From: a phage
Strand: one strand, 5' to 3'
Length of the DNA stretch: 64,000 nt
Assembly (NCBI GenBank): GCA_024683775.1
Contig: GCA_024683775.1_4106.1
The position numbers and the translations under genes are program-made. Position 1 is the stretch's first letter, and the number at the start of each line of letters is the position of its first letter. The notes under the pieces are model-generated. The model was given only the letters and a program-made list of their open reading frames with translations. It did not search any database and was not told the DNA's origin. Positions 39,120 through 49,585 of the stretch are shown here, one piece after another.

Positions 39120-39138
39120 CAACATAAGGATATGAATA

Positions 39139-39690
39139 ATGATTGACCAAATTAAAATCCTAACTGAACAAATCACTGATTTTCTAGCAGATAAAGATGG
39201 ATTCAGTACTGAAGTTAAAATGCATGGTGTTAGTCTCGATGTAACTGCACCAAATGGTGAAACAACCAATTATGATATGTATGAAATCCTACTTTATACA
39301 TTGGCTGTTCGTAAACTTGGTAGTGATATTGAACTGAACATTAACAAAACCGAGAACGGTGACCAAGTGTTTGCAATCAACACTGGTGCACAAATGGACG
39401 TAGTAGCTGAAATCAACAAGATCAACCAATCTTTTGTGGGTTTCAAGCATGATACAATCCAATCTGTGTTCCTGGGTAAACAAACCGGAAACAGCCACTG
39501 TCCTTATTGTGTAATGACAACCTATAAAAATGGTAACTGGATGCGTCAGGATCTAGTACTTGCAGAAATGCTTTATGCAATCACTCACGGCCTAGAACTT
39601 GAACTTGATGATAGTGTTTACTGTTTCAAGAAAATCCGTAAACTTTCTGGTGATATACAAGCTCAATTAAAAGAATTAAATGATAAATAA
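39139..39690 (+). CDS. hypothetical protein
   Basis: ORF after AAGGATATGAATA. Confidence 0.5.
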   Translation: MIDQIKILTEQITDFLADKDGFSTEVKMHGVSLDVTAPNGETTNYDMYEILLYTLAVRKLGSDIELNINKTENGDQVFAINTGAQMDVVAEINKINQSFVGFKHDTIQSVFLGKQTGNSHCPYCVMTTYKNGNWMRQDLVLAEMLYAITHGLELELDDSVYCFKKIRKLSGDIQAQLKELNDK

Positions 39691-39802
39691 TTATACCAGT
39701 AATGGTTAACATTATCATGTTACTTTCCTCCCTTACATAATAATGATGCGTTATTATTTTATTGTATTATTCCCCTTTTTTGTACAAAATCTTTTTCGTA
39801 CT

Positions 39803-39826
39803 GCCCCGACCTTCGGGGCATTTTTC
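39803..39826 (+). terminator. intrinsic terminator
   Basis: GCCCCGA-CCT-TCGGGGC hairpin followed by ATTTTT. Confidence 0.7.
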
Positions 39827-39847
39827 TTGTCTAAATTTTGAGGTTCT

Positions 39848-40243
39848 ATGAATAATACTATTGGTAGTACAATATCTAAACCACTCTCTTATTACCTTGA
39901 AAAATTCAGAAGTACAAATGGTAAAAAATTTAATGGTATATACCAATTCTCACATAAAGAATATATCACAGTTGATTGTTATTCAAATAAACTTATGTAC
40001 GTAGATGATACTGAATACTGTATGAAATTGTCATTGGATGTAGAATTAGATAAGTTAACATTTATTGAATATACATCCAAAAGAACATCATTTCTTGGGA
40101 AATGTAATCGAAAAGTATATAAAAATATTTCAATGTACTTAAATGAAGATTACCACTTCCAACAAACAACGATTGAAGATGTTCTATTCAGTACTGAAGA
40201 ATTGAAAGAACTGTATCACTGGTATAAGCAATTCACATCTTGA
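39848..40243 (+). CDS. FQxS-motif paralogue family member
   Basis: EDYHFQQTTIEDV motif. Confidence 0.5.
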   Translation: MNNTIGSTISKPLSYYLEKFRSTNGKKFNGIYQFSHKEYITVDCYSNKLMYVDDTEYCMKLSLDVELDKLTFIEYTSKRTSFLGKCNRKVYKNISMYLNEDYHFQQTTIEDVLFSTEELKELYHWYKQFTS

Positions 40244-40268
40244 CATTATCGTGGGTTTATCCTACAAT
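40240..40268 (+). promoter_or_regulatory. sigma70-like promoter TTGACA-17-TACAAT
   Basis: Consensus spacing. Confidence 0.55.
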
Positions 40269-40298
40269 GTAAGATAATGATACATAGAGGATAAATTT

Positions 40299-40709
40299 AT
40301 GAGTTTAGATTTACACAATGAACTAAAATATTATTTCGATTTGGATATATCACATTTGAACCAACACGTCAATTATATGACTAGTACTATGTGGTGGTCT
40401 GATGAGTTTGATGAACCAAAAATCCAACTTTGTGGTGATTTGTCTGTTTTGAGGTTGTATGCCCTTGATTCGGAAATGAATATCAAGATCACATACATCC
40501 CATACACAAACAAACTTATTGTAAACACCCTAAACCCAGTTACCGTATTGAAAATTTCTGATTTGGACACGATACAGTCAGATGAATCACTATTCCAACG
40601 TTCTTTGATTGATGATATGGGTGGTATTTTATATGAAGATATTGTACAATTGAAGAAGATGTATAGTGAATTGTTAGAAATTAAAAACACAGTAATTGTG
40701 GGGAGTTGA
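40299..40709 (+). CDS. FQxS-motif paralogue family member
   Basis: DESLFQRSLIDDM motif. Confidence 0.55.
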   Translation: MSLDLHNELKYYFDLDISHLNQHVNYMTSTMWWSDEFDEPKIQLCGDLSVLRLYALDSEMNIKITYIPYTNKLIVNTLNPVTVLKISDLDTIQSDESLFQRSLIDDMGGILYEDIVQLKKMYSELLEIKNTVIVGS

Positions 40710-40710
40710 T

Positions 40711-41115
40711 ATGGTAAGTTTACTTGATATTGATAATACCAGTCTAGTACTGGTAAAAAAAGGTGTAATTCCCAATTCTACAAAAATTGATTATGCAGTT
40801 ATTGAAACAAATATTGGAAATATCTGGTATGACTCCGAAAGGGATATTGTGATTAGCTGCGTAGACAGTGACCGTGCTGAGTGTTGTAGGGTTGGTCATG
40901 ACGGGCAATTTATTTTCGAATTCCGTTACTGGAAAGATGCTAAATTCCATCATGAGCATGTTTCAATTACAGGTGTGTATTGCACCGAAGAATCGTTCTT
41001 CATGGATAGTACTGTTAATGATTTTGGTTCAGTTACATTTGAGTACTATAAAAAAGTATACAACGTATCCAGAGAAGTAATGCGAATCATCAGAAATGCT
41101 GAGGGTCAAGATTAA
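40711..41115 (+). CDS. FQxS-motif paralogue family member
   Basis: EESFFMDSTVNDF motif; start moved to ATG at 40711 after GGGGAG. Confidence 0.5.
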   Translation: MVSLLDIDNTSLVLVKKGVIPNSTKIDYAVIETNIGNIWYDSERDIVISCVDSDRAECCRVGHDGQFIFEFRYWKDAKFHHEHVSITGVYCTEESFFMDSTVNDFGSVTFEYYKKVYNVSREVMRIIRNAEGQD

Positions 41116-41116
41116 C

Positions 41117-41491
41117 ATGACTACTATATATGACATTTTAGGTGACTTGAATAAAAATATAGATAATGATTTTGTTATTGTTCAAGATACTAGAAATTTA
41201 TTTCAACTACCAATAGGTTCACCAGATAGGTTAATTTTTAATAGATACGCAAAAACACTGACATACCTACACGATGGTATGGTTATATTGGTACTTGATA
41301 TTAAAGAAAATACAATACGATATGCATATGACTTCAAAGATTATTGGTCAAGAACCCATAGTATTGATATTGAGGAAGAGGAACTATTCCAATTGTCATT
41401 GATTGAGGAAAATGTAATAGGAATTACAGAAATTGATATTGTTAAAAAAGCATTAGACTATACAAATATAAAAATTAATGGTGAGCTATGA
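41117..41491 (+). CDS. FQxS-motif paralogue family member
   Basis: EEELFQLSLIEEN motif; start moved to ATG at 41117. Confidence 0.5.
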   Translation: MTTIYDILGDLNKNIDNDFVIVQDTRNLFQLPIGSPDRLIFNRYAKTLTYLHDGMVILVLDIKENTIRYAYDFKDYWSRTHSIDIEEEELFQLSLIEENVIGITEIDIVKKALDYTNIKINGEL

Positions 41492-41943
41492 TGGAAATTG
41501 ATGAAATAAAAAATCATTTTGAAATTGCATTGTCTTGTAAATTTGATGGCTCTTATGTTCCTGATCCAGAAGAGATAATTAGAATTTCCACATCGTTTTC
41601 GGAAGAGTACAATGTTCTTATTGAGAAAACATATGACAGTACGGAACTCGCATTTTACAATAAGAATTCACGAACAACAACATTTATATTATTATATAAC
41701 ACAACATCGGATTTAATAGAAATTATAACATGTAAAACAATCAAAGATGTACATTATGAGACTATATCAAATGTGAGTTATTGTTCAACTGAAGAAGGAT
41801 ACTTTCAGGAATCTCTTGTTAAAAATTTAACAGTTAGTTATTCTGATTTAAGCACTATAATCAATTGTGTTGAAAAGCTAAATGATTTCGTTCTATCTAT
41901 GTTTGATATCACAGAGCAAAACCCGAAGGTAATCAAATGCTAA
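41488..41943 (+). CDS. FQxS-motif paralogue family member
   Basis: EEGYFQESLVKNL motif. Confidence 0.55.
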   Translation: MMEIDEIKNHFEIALSCKFDGSYVPDPEEIIRISTSFSEEYNVLIEKTYDSTELAFYNKNSRTTTFILLYNTTSDLIEIITCKTIKDVHYETISNVSYCSTEEGYFQESLVKNLTVSYSDLSTIINCVEKLNDFVLSMFDITEQNPKVIKC

Positions 41944-42392
41944 ATCCAGGACAGTTTTTCCATTTACTTAGTATTACACCTATACCGGATTTAATCAGTG
42001 AAGCGAATCAATATCGTGATATAGGAATTGTATCTATGGAATACGATTCACCTGACTTTAAATGTTACGTAACATATGATTTGGTAGCCTATGAGTCAGA
42101 AACTGAGATAAAAAAACCATCATACATTTTTGTGTTCATATATAATGATTATAGTGGTGATCTACTCAATGATGTTCATATTGACACATTTGAAATATGT
42201 GATAATATTATAACAGATGATTCATCATGTACATTTGATTTATCAGAAAACAGTACTGAAGAGGCACTTTTTCAGTTGAGTACTGTTAGTGACACTGTAC
42301 TAACTCTTGATGACATTGAGAAATTTAAAGAACAGCTTGACGCAGTACGTGAGATGTTCTATAATCATTATCCAGAAATCGAGTTCAAATAA
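41937..42392 (+). CDS. FQxS-motif paralogue family member
   Basis: EEALFQLSTVSDT motif. Confidence 0.55.
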   Translation: MLNPGQFFHLLSITPIPDLISEANQYRDIGIVSMEYDSPDFKCYVTYDLVAYESETEIKKPSYIFVFIYNDYSGDLLNDVHIDTFEICDNIITDDSSCTFDLSENSTEEALFQLSTVSDTVLTLDDIEKFKEQLDAVREMFYNHYPEIEFK

Positions 42393-42406
42393 CTAAAGGT
42401 ATCAAA

Positions 42407-42667
42407 ATGACTAAAGTAGTTCGTAAACGCCACATGATGAACATGGATGAATTTCGCACCTTTGACAAATACCGTACTATGTTTCGTATGCTGTCACAGG
42501 GCCGTCCAATCGTCATTGTAACGGAGAATTACATGTCACCTGAGATGATGTTCGGTAATTATGAAAAGGTCTTCATGTTGTACGTGAAGCGTGAATTGCT
42601 AACGATTAAGACCTTAGCTGAAGCTACAGATGAAGATATGGATGGTGATAATACATTTACCATGTGA
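42407..42667 (+). CDS. hypothetical protein
   Basis: ORF. Confidence 0.45.
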   Translation: MTKVVRKRHMMNMDEFRTFDKYRTMFRMLSQGRPIVIVTENYMSPEMMFGNYEKVFMLYVKRELLTIKTLAEATDEDMDGDNTFTM

Positions 42668-42706
42668 GGAAATATATGGCAGAAAAACCAAAAGAACCAT
42701 TGGACC

Positions 42707-42997
42707 GTGATGATGATTTTTACGACGAACGATATGGGGAATCAGATGAGTGAACATCGTGCAGTACTTAAAAAGATTTTAAATGAACTTGGTGATGAGT
42801 TTAATGTTACTGAAGAAGAATATCAATGTTGGAAGAAGGATTTTGAACTCCTTGCTGAGTATGATAAAGTCTTCAATATGATTGGTGTCATTAGCCAGTA
42901 CTTACTTGGTGGTGGTCGAGCCAGTGCTTCAATTCTTGCATCTGCGATCATCTGTACTTCTCGATGGTGCGATGAAAAAAGTCTGGAAGATTTCTAA
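42707..42997 (+). CDS. hypothetical protein
   Basis: ORF. Confidence 0.4.
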   Translation: MMMIFTTNDMGNQMSEHRAVLKKILNELGDEFNVTEEEYQCWKKDFELLAEYDKVFNMIGVISQYLLGGGRASASILASAIICTSRWCDEKSLEDF

Positions 42998-43002
42998 ATA
43001 AG
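42990..43002 (+). promoter_or_regulatory. extended -10 promoter (TGcTATAAT)
   Basis: GATGCTATAAT upstream of the methyltransferase gene. Confidence 0.45.
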
Positions 43003-43049
43003 ATGCTATAATGTATTATAGTACCTTAACAATATAAAAAGGATTTTAT

Positions 43050-43910
43050 ATGAAACCTATCAGAGTACTGTCACTTTTTAATGGAATGAGCGTTGGATAT
43101 ATGGCATTGGCAGATGCAGGTATTCCAGTTGAAAAATATTACTCATCTGAAATTGACAAGTACGCAATTGCTGAATCTTCCGAGAATTTTCCTGATATTA
43201 TCCAGTTAGGTGATGTGACTAAGTGGAAAGAATGGGATATTGAGTGGGATAAGATAGATTTACTCATGGGAGGATTCCCATGTCAAGCCTGGTCTGTTGC
43301 TGGTAAGCAAGGTGGCTTGAATGATATACGTGGACAGTTATTTTTGGTTATGGTTGATATTTTTGAGCACATCAAAAGTGTAAATCCAAACTTGCAATTT
43401 CTGTTCGAGAATGTTAAAATGAAGGAAGATTTCAAAGAATACATTAATAGTATTTTAGGAATCACACCAGTACTGATAAATTCCCAGCATTATACGCCTC
43501 ACTTCAGGCAGAGATACTACTGGTGCAGTACTGATAAGCTTTTTATACCACCTGCATTATCAAATGCCCCTAAACTTCAAGATATCATTGAAGATGGTTG
43601 GTATACTGACAGAACCGCTTCGTACTGTATAGATGCTAACTATTTTAAGGGTGGTGATTGTAACCAGTACTTTAATAAATCAAGACGACAGTTGGTGTTT
43701 CGTGACCCAACGATTAATCGTCAATATCTATTGGAGAATGGTAAAAGAAATATTGACTATAGACACTTAAGTGTAGTAGAATGTTGTAAATTACAGGGTA
43801 TTCCTGTAGATTTCTTTAAAGTGTCTAGTAAGACACAAGCATACAAAATGCTTGGGAATGGATGGACTATGCCAGTTATATCACACTTACTAAGAGAGAT
43901 ATTCTTTTGA
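43050..43910 (+). CDS. DNA (cytosine-5)-methyltransferase
   Basis: Motif I LFNGMSVG, motif IV GFPCQ, motif VI ENV, QxRxR-like FRQRYY, motif X LGNGW. Confidence 0.8.
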   Translation: MKPIRVLSLFNGMSVGYMALADAGIPVEKYYSSEIDKYAIAESSENFPDIIQLGDVTKWKEWDIEWDKIDLLMGGFPCQAWSVAGKQGGLNDIRGQLFLVMVDIFEHIKSVNPNLQFLFENVKMKEDFKEYINSILGITPVLINSQHYTPHFRQRYYWCSTDKLFIPPALSNAPKLQDIIEDGWYTDRTASYCIDANYFKGGDCNQYFNKSRRQLVFRDPTINRQYLLENGKRNIDYRHLSVVECCKLQGIPVDFFKVSSKTQAYKMLGNGWTMPVISHLLREIFF

Positions 43911-43912
43911 AC

Positions 43913-44392
43913 ATGAAGAACTACCCCACCTATACTGAACGTGTAATGAAATTTCAACGTCAGTCATCAAAGGAAGAATTAGAATTTAATTTGTACTATC
44001 CTAATATTGGTGATGAGGTATTCTATTGTTCTCATACAAAGAATGGAACTTTACTTAAATCTGGTAAAGGTATTATTGTTGATATGATTAGCACTTTCAA
44101 AGGTAAACTTAATGTAATGTACAAAGTACAAGATTCAAGTACTGAGTGCATTCATGAAGTGATGCATAATATACCTGCATATCCAAAGGATTTTGTTGAG
44201 CTAATATCTCGAAGGGAGAAACCTATGTTTTATTGTGGTTATGACAAACTAACCAAACAAATTATTCCTAATACTATGGGAAAATTTAAAAGTGATGTTA
44301 AAACTGAACTTAATAAGAAATTAGGTTCATCATGGGAAACTGAAAACGAATTCATCGAAATTCGTTTGATTGAAGTTACTATACTCGATTAA
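43913..44392 (+). CDS. hypothetical protein
   Basis: Track ORF 43862 overlaps the methyltransferase; ATG at 43913 directly follows its stop. Confidence 0.45.
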   Translation: MKNYPTYTERVMKFQRQSSKEELEFNLYYPNIGDEVFYCSHTKNGTLLKSGKGIIVDMISTFKGKLNVMYKVQDSSTECIHEVMHNIPAYPKDFVELISRREKPMFYCGYDKLTKQIIPNTMGKFKSDVKTELNKKLGSSWETENEFIEIRLIEVTILD

Positions 44393-44398
44393 TTACAG

Positions 44399-44422
44399 AT
44401 CCACGCTATGCGTGGATTTTTC
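44399..44422 (+). terminator. intrinsic terminator
   Basis: ATCCACGC-TAT-GCGTGGAT hairpin followed by TTTTC. Confidence 0.65.
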
Positions 44423-44434
44423 ATAGGTGCATAT

Positions 44435-44950
44435 ATGACAGTTCCTTATGTTAAAATTATTAATAATATCCTTGATTCGTGGGAAGATGTTATTACTGGT
44501 AAAAAGAACCCAATGCCAGTACACGCACTAACCGGAAGACTACAATTCAGAACGTCAAACAAAACTGAAACTTTTAATAATCATGATGTTCACATTACTA
44601 TAAAATCACCTGTACGTATTGTAATTAAAAAAAATCAAGATGATGAATTGACATTATCTATTGGTAGTGATAAAATCATTTTGAGTAATTTATCCGAAGA
44701 AGAATTCTTTCAACGTAGTACTATCATCGATATGAAAGATTTCACATATGAATCATTGGTTGAACTCAATACACGTTTCAACGATATTCAGGAACGATTG
44801 CGACCAATCCTCGGTAAAGAAGAGGAAGCCTGGAATGAAAGTGTGAGAAAGATGCAAGAAATGTTGAAAGAAAATATTAACAATCTGGGTAAAGCTACAA
44901 TGGAATTTGGTAAATCTTTTAAACTGAACTTTTCAAAGGATCGTAAATGA
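44435..44950 (+). CDS. FQxS-motif paralogue family member
   Basis: EEEFFQRSTIIDM motif; start moved downstream of the terminator hairpin. Confidence 0.5.
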   Translation: MTVPYVKIINNILDSWEDVITGKKNPMPVHALTGRLQFRTSNKTETFNNHDVHITIKSPVRIVIKKNQDDELTLSIGSDKIILSNLSEEEFFQRSTIIDMKDFTYESLVELNTRFNDIQERLRPILGKEEEAWNESVRKMQEMLKENINNLGKATMEFGKSFKLNFSKDRK

Positions 44951-45402
44951 AAATTGATAATTTGATTCATGTCTTAGGGACTTTACATAAAATATTATCT
45001 CATGTAGATGAGATAAAGAAACTGGGACTTAACATCTCAAATTCAATTGAAACTACATTTAAATATCAATCAATTACTGGTGATGGTTATTACATAATCG
45101 AATATACTTATGAAACCGATCCAGACTTCTATCCTCTTACGTTGAGAATTTATCCAACAAATCCGAGAGGAATTCACGACATATCATCAATTTCACTTGA
45201 TCCAGATGGTGAAACGAGTATTGAATACAATAATGATTCAAAACCAGAATTTTACATTGATGATATTAAAAAGTTGTTCAATGATGAATATGTTTTCCAA
45301 CAAAGTACTGTGCATGATGTTGGTAGTACTACTGGGCAATTTTGGAATACATGTTATTATCATATGATTGAAATTTGTAAATTACTAAAAGGTGTTGAAT
45401 AA
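44947..45402 (+). CDS. FQxS-motif paralogue family member
   Basis: DEYVFQQSTVHDV motif. Confidence 0.55.
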   Translation: MKIDNLIHVLGTLHKILSHVDEIKKLGLNISNSIETTFKYQSITGDGYYIIEYTYETDPDFYPLTLRIYPTNPRGIHDISSISLDPDGETSIEYNNDSKPEFYIDDIKKLFNDEYVFQQSTVHDVGSTTGQFWNTCYYHMIEICKLLKGVE

Positions 45403-45785
45403 TGAAATACTGCATTGAAGTACATTACACTACAGGTGATACTGAAAATTGTTATGACGTTCTTAATACAATTGATATTCAATGGTCTTCTAAAGAGGAA
45501 GCAGTTGCTGCTTTACAGTGCCTAAAAGAGCATTGGGTGTTTTATATGAAGCAAGATAATTGCTATACAAAAGAACACGAAACGATCATGGAAAATGCTA
45601 AACAAAAAGAGTGGTTTGACCCAATATCACCAGAATATTCATTCTTAGTTAAAGTTGGTGATGTGACAGTTCCATTACGAACACCGTGGAACGGCTACTT
45701 TGAAACTCTTCATAATGCACGAGTTGTCGCTGTTGATAACCCTGAACAAATCGATTTCGATTCATTGGACTGGAAAAAACTATGA
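45402..45785 (+). CDS. hypothetical protein
   Basis: ORF. Confidence 0.45.
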   Translation: MKYCIEVHYTTGDTENCYDVLNTIDIQWSSKEEAVAALQCLKEHWVFYMKQDNCYTKEHETIMENAKQKEWFDPISPEYSFLVKVGDVTVPLRTPWNGYFETLHNARVVAVDNPEQIDFDSLDWKKL

Positions 45786-46225
45786 CAGTACTGCACCGAT
45801 TGAAGAAGGTTAAGCATCCAGTTGTATATGAGGACTGGAAACGACAGAAGTTGCTGGGTGATTTTTATTACCCAAAATCTAAAGTTCTTGCGAATTCAAG
45901 ATGTACATATTGCACACATAATGATAAAGATACAGTATTTGTCGAAATGGGTTTCCATCCATCAAACACAATGTTCACTACTAACCAAACGTTTTACAAA
46001 TTTCATATACAAAAAGATTCATTTACTGTTATGATTATAAAACATTTAGTTGAAGATCTGGCATTCAGTGAAGAACGAGTACCTTTATCATTAGTGGATA
46101 TTCCTTATAATAATTTAGAGGAAATGTACTTCCAACAGTTGACAGTACAAGAAAACTTTGGTATGATAGGACTTCAAGAGTTAGAGATGATTAAGCAAAT
46201 TCGTGATATCTACTTTAAGGAGTAA
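45782..46225 (+). CDS. FQxS-motif paralogue family member
   Basis: EEMYFQQLTVQEN motif. Confidence 0.55.
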   Translation: MTVLHRLKKVKHPVVYEDWKRQKLLGDFYYPKSKVLANSRCTYCTHNDKDTVFVEMGFHPSNTMFTTNQTFYKFHIQKDSFTVMIIKHLVEDLAFSEERVPLSLVDIPYNNLEEMYFQQLTVQENFGMIGLQELEMIKQIRDIYFKE

Positions 46226-46697
46226 CTATGCCAGTACGTAACAGTACTTCACGCTTTACGCTTCAACAGAAAGCAGATCTTTTGAATATGGCAAACAAAG
46301 ATTCTAATTTTCACTATCTAGTACTCGGTGGTTCAGTTGAAAAGATTGACCTACGTGAGTGTATGAAATAACAAAAAGGGGACTAAAATGAGTCTACGTG
46401 AATCATGGGAACAATTTAAAGAAGAGATTGGTTATCGTGGTGTCAAAATCGAACCAATCAATCGCACCGAAAGCATCAAAGCTAGTACTAATGGCACTAC
46501 CTATGATCGTTATGATGAAAAGTATGGTTTACATTCTAAACCAAAGGATACTGAGTAATGGTGTATACTAATATTTTTACTGGTATTATGCGTAAGTTTG
46601 TTAATGGTATTGGATATGTATCCAATGACAACGGTAGTACATGGGTAAAAAATAATACGTCAGAATCTTTAGTGAAAAGTCTTCCGTATTATAAAGC

Positions 46698-46726
46698 TTG
46701 ACACATGAAAATGGAGTATGTATAAT
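46698..46726 (+). promoter_or_regulatory. sigma70-like promoter TTGACA-17-TATAAT
   Basis: Consensus spacing. Confidence 0.65.
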
Positions 46727-46743
46727 ACTCCTATATTAATCAA

Positions 46744-47331
46744 ATGAGGATATACGAAATGGCTGGTGTTGATAAAATTTGTGAATTCAGTGGCGATTAT
46801 GAAGGTTACGAAATGTACAAGTCCAAGCGTAATCACATTCAAGTTCTGTCAAAGTACCGTAAAGAATTCCGAGGACACAAAGCAACATTGTATGTTTTTG
46901 AGAATGGATATTCTGAAGTTTTCACAAGTGGTGGGTATAGTACAGCTAACATGGCACATATCAACCCAAACCCAACTGAAGATGATTGGAATAGTGGTAA
47001 CGCTTTTCGTATTTCAATTTTGAATAAAATGAATCGTTACGACCGTTATTGTACATTCTTTGAAAATATTTCAGAATACAAGCAAGCATTAAAGAAATAT
47101 AATCAACGCTTACTAATGAATTATGATTACATTCTTCATGTTCCTACTGTTCCAGGTCAGGTTAATGGTCTGTATACGAACAGTACACATGATTTAACTG
47201 CGGTGAAGCGTCGCCTCAAACGTATGTTGGGTTGTGGTAATTTAACAATCAAGGTTATGCGTAATGAATCAATGTATAACTTTTTAAATGTACTACAATA
47301 CACATTGAAGGATAATAATGGAAACGATTAA
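46744..47331 (+). CDS. hypothetical protein
   Basis: ORF after GAGGATATACGAA. Confidence 0.5.
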   Translation: MRIYEMAGVDKICEFSGDYEGYEMYKSKRNHIQVLSKYRKEFRGHKATLYVFENGYSEVFTSGGYSTANMAHINPNPTEDDWNSGNAFRISILNKMNRYDRYCTFFENISEYKQALKKYNQRLLMNYDYILHVPTVPGQVNGLYTNSTHDLTAVKRRLKRMLGCGNLTIKVMRNESMYNFLNVLQYTLKDNNGND

Positions 47332-47515
47332 GTTTATGTTTGAGGTGTTTGTTGCATTCATCTTATGTGCTGTATCTATTGCTATTGCTTTAATCCCAGT
47401 AATCGTTTACCAAGTTAATGGTGGTACAGACCCAACAGTTGATCTGTTTCTTCGTTGCGTGGGATTCTGCATATGGTTGGCGATGTTTATGTACTATATG
47501 CATCGTGAGGATTGA
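47318..47515 (+). CDS. small membrane protein
   Basis: Two hydrophobic helices. Confidence 0.45.
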   Translation: METIKFMFEVFVAFILCAVSIAIALIPVIVYQVNGGTDPTVDLFLRCVGFCIWLAMFMYYMHRED

Positions 47516-48348
47516 TTATGTCATTGGAAAAAGTAATTATTTCTGAATTCCGAAAGTACATCATTGATTGTGATAGAGATACCCAGCGTAAGTTCAATGA
47601 GTATCTTGACAAATATCCATATTTGATGTTTAATCCATTTGAAACTCAATCCGATGTTAATCTTGGATTTTACATTGGGTTTACACAACGAATTCTACAA
47701 CAATATGAGATGAAACAGCCAGAGGTTTGGGTAGAAACTGATTCGAATGAGACGAATGTTTTTTATCTGTACTCTTATTATGCGGAAATTGTTAGTTCAA
47801 TGACGCTAGAAGGGTATCTATTCGTCAAAACATCTGATATTGAAAAAATATACATAGAACCTGTATCTTTGGATATGGTTGCCCAGCTTCCAACAGTTCA
47901 ATATTTGGATGCAAATGAGTTGACATATTCGGTGTTTGAGTACCTTAACCGAGACGATTTAACTCAAGAAATTGAGAATATGGTTTCAAAATATACCACA
48001 ACTCTTATATCTAATGGTTCACTTAGAATAGAACTGATTTACGACGATACTAGTACTAATGCAGTACGAGGAACTCGAATTGGAAAAGTTACTATACGTG
48101 TTGTCCACAATGATGTAGTACTTGGTTATATTTCGAAACGTGGTCATGACTTGTGTTTGATTAACACATATGTTATTGAACGAAAAGAATGGAACGATTT
48201 AATGCAAAAAATCGTAGACGGAAGTGGAATTCGTGATATAATGTGTAATGAGGTAGTGACAATTAATCCTGACATTGACTGTGATGTATATTTCCCAGTT
48301 CCTGGATTTACTCTACGTAATTTTGGTACATTAAAGGGTACAAAATGA
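47512..48348 (+). CDS. hypothetical protein
   Basis: ORF, ATGA overlap. Confidence 0.5.
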   Translation: MIMSLEKVIISEFRKYIIDCDRDTQRKFNEYLDKYPYLMFNPFETQSDVNLGFYIGFTQRILQQYEMKQPEVWVETDSNETNVFYLYSYYAEIVSSMTLEGYLFVKTSDIEKIYIEPVSLDMVAQLPTVQYLDANELTYSVFEYLNRDDLTQEIENMVSKYTTTLISNGSLRIELIYDDTSTNAVRGTRIGKVTIRVVHNDVVLGYISKRGHDLCLINTYVIERKEWNDLMQKIVDGSGIRDIMCNEVVTINPDIDCDVYFPVPGFTLRNFGTLKGTK

Positions 48349-48635
48349 AAATTTTAGAAGTCTTACTTGAAAAGGATGCATCTGGCACACTTTATGTTGG
48401 TAATGAGTTCAGTCCTGATCCAATTGATATGATGCAGCGTATTCAAACACTGACCCAATCAATTTCAGTTAAACAACCTTTCCTAAAAGAATTGGAAATT
48501 CACTGCGATAAAGATATGGAACAACATGATAATGTTATTTCTGATATCAAAAGTCTATTGACAAAGAATGGATATGTGGAGTATAATCCTTCTATCGTAA
48601 TCGTTATCCCTGACTTTATGAAAGGAACCTTGTAA
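48345..48635 (+). CDS. hypothetical protein
   Basis: ORF. Confidence 0.45.
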   Translation: MKILEVLLEKDASGTLYVGNEFSPDPIDMMQRIQTLTQSISVKQPFLKELEIHCDKDMEQHDNVISDIKSLLTKNGYVEYNPSIVIVIPDFMKGTL

Positions 48636-48904
48636 TGACTAAAGAAGAAATGAAATCTCGCCTAAGCGAACTTAAGAAAGAACGAAAACTAGTCCGTTTG
48701 GACTGGGACATTCTTAACAAAAAAGATGAGCAATCATATGCTAACTGGAGTTCCGATAAAGTTCGTAACGACCGTTCCAAAGAAGACGCTAAACAGTTTA
48801 TGGCATTGACCAAACGTTTATCCTCACTGAACAGTGAAATTACAGGTCTTCAAAAGGAAATTATTTCAATTCTTCAATCGGAGATTAACTCACTGTATGA
48901 ATAA
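48635..48904 (+). CDS. hypothetical protein
   Basis: ORF. Confidence 0.45.
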   Translation: MTKEEMKSRLSELKKERKLVRLDWDILNKKDEQSYANWSSDKVRNDRSKEDAKQFMALTKRLSSLNSEITGLQKEIISILQSEINSLYE

Positions 48905-49193
48905 GCATGAAGTGATTCATTTTGATGGTAAGATTTATGTACCAAACAATGATAGTACTGAATCTTATTATCTAATCAATGCAATTATGTCAGAAACACA
49001 AACATGTTGCCGTCAGCGTCCAGGTGAGTATGAGTTCAGTCAGACCATTGGTTATTATCGTTATACTGAACTTGATAAATTTACAATCGATTCTAAAAAA
49101 GTTATTGACGTTCTCACGAAGAACGGATATAATGAATCCGAATCAAACGAAACAGAGTTACCAGTTGTGAAATTTGTTCTAAAAAATAATTAA
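48897..49193 (+). CDS. hypothetical protein
   Basis: Track ORF 48834; start moved to ATG at 48897. Confidence 0.4.
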   Translation: MNKHEVIHFDGKIYVPNNDSTESYYLINAIMSETQTCCRQRPGEYEFSQTIGYYRYTELDKFTIDSKKVIDVLTKNGYNESESNETELPVVKFVLKNN

Positions 49194-49210
49194 TTTTTGG
49201 GACAACGCTG

Positions 49211-49226
49211 AAAAGCATGATATAAT
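49211..49226 (+). promoter_or_regulatory. extended -10 promoter (CATGATATAAT)
   Basis: TGnTATAAT. Confidence 0.45.
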
Positions 49227-49310
49227 GTATATTATCGGCAGATGTAAAAATGCAAACCATTCCTCAATGATGAGGGTTTTTCATAAAAAAGAAATAAAAG
49301 GGTATTAAAA

Positions 49311-49520
49311 ATGGCTAAAGAAACTAACGCACAAGTACTAGATATCACCGACTTCGACCGCACTGTGAACTACATTCAGTTCCAGATTCATCAAGCTGAA
49401 GAAGCTCTCGCAGTATTCCACGGTACTGGTGCAAGGCCAATCCGTTTTGCTCATCTAATTGCATGGAAGAAAAGTCTACAAGAAGAACTTTCTGAACTGC
49501 GTAAAGCAAACCGTAAGTAA
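49311..49520 (+). CDS. hypothetical small protein
   Basis: ORF after AAAAGGGTATTAAAA. Confidence 0.45.
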   Translation: MAKETNAQVLDITDFDRTVNYIQFQIHQAEEALAVFHGTGARPIRFAHLIAWKKSLQEELSELRKANRK

Positions 49521-49527
49521 TTGATTT

Positions 49528-49558
49528 CCCGCCTCATCAATGTTGATGGGGCTTTTTT
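49528..49558 (+). terminator. intrinsic terminator
   Basis: GCCTCATCAA-TG-TTGATGGGGC hairpin followed by TTTTTT. Confidence 0.7.
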
Positions 49559-49585
49559 AATAAAATACAAACTGAGGATATATTA

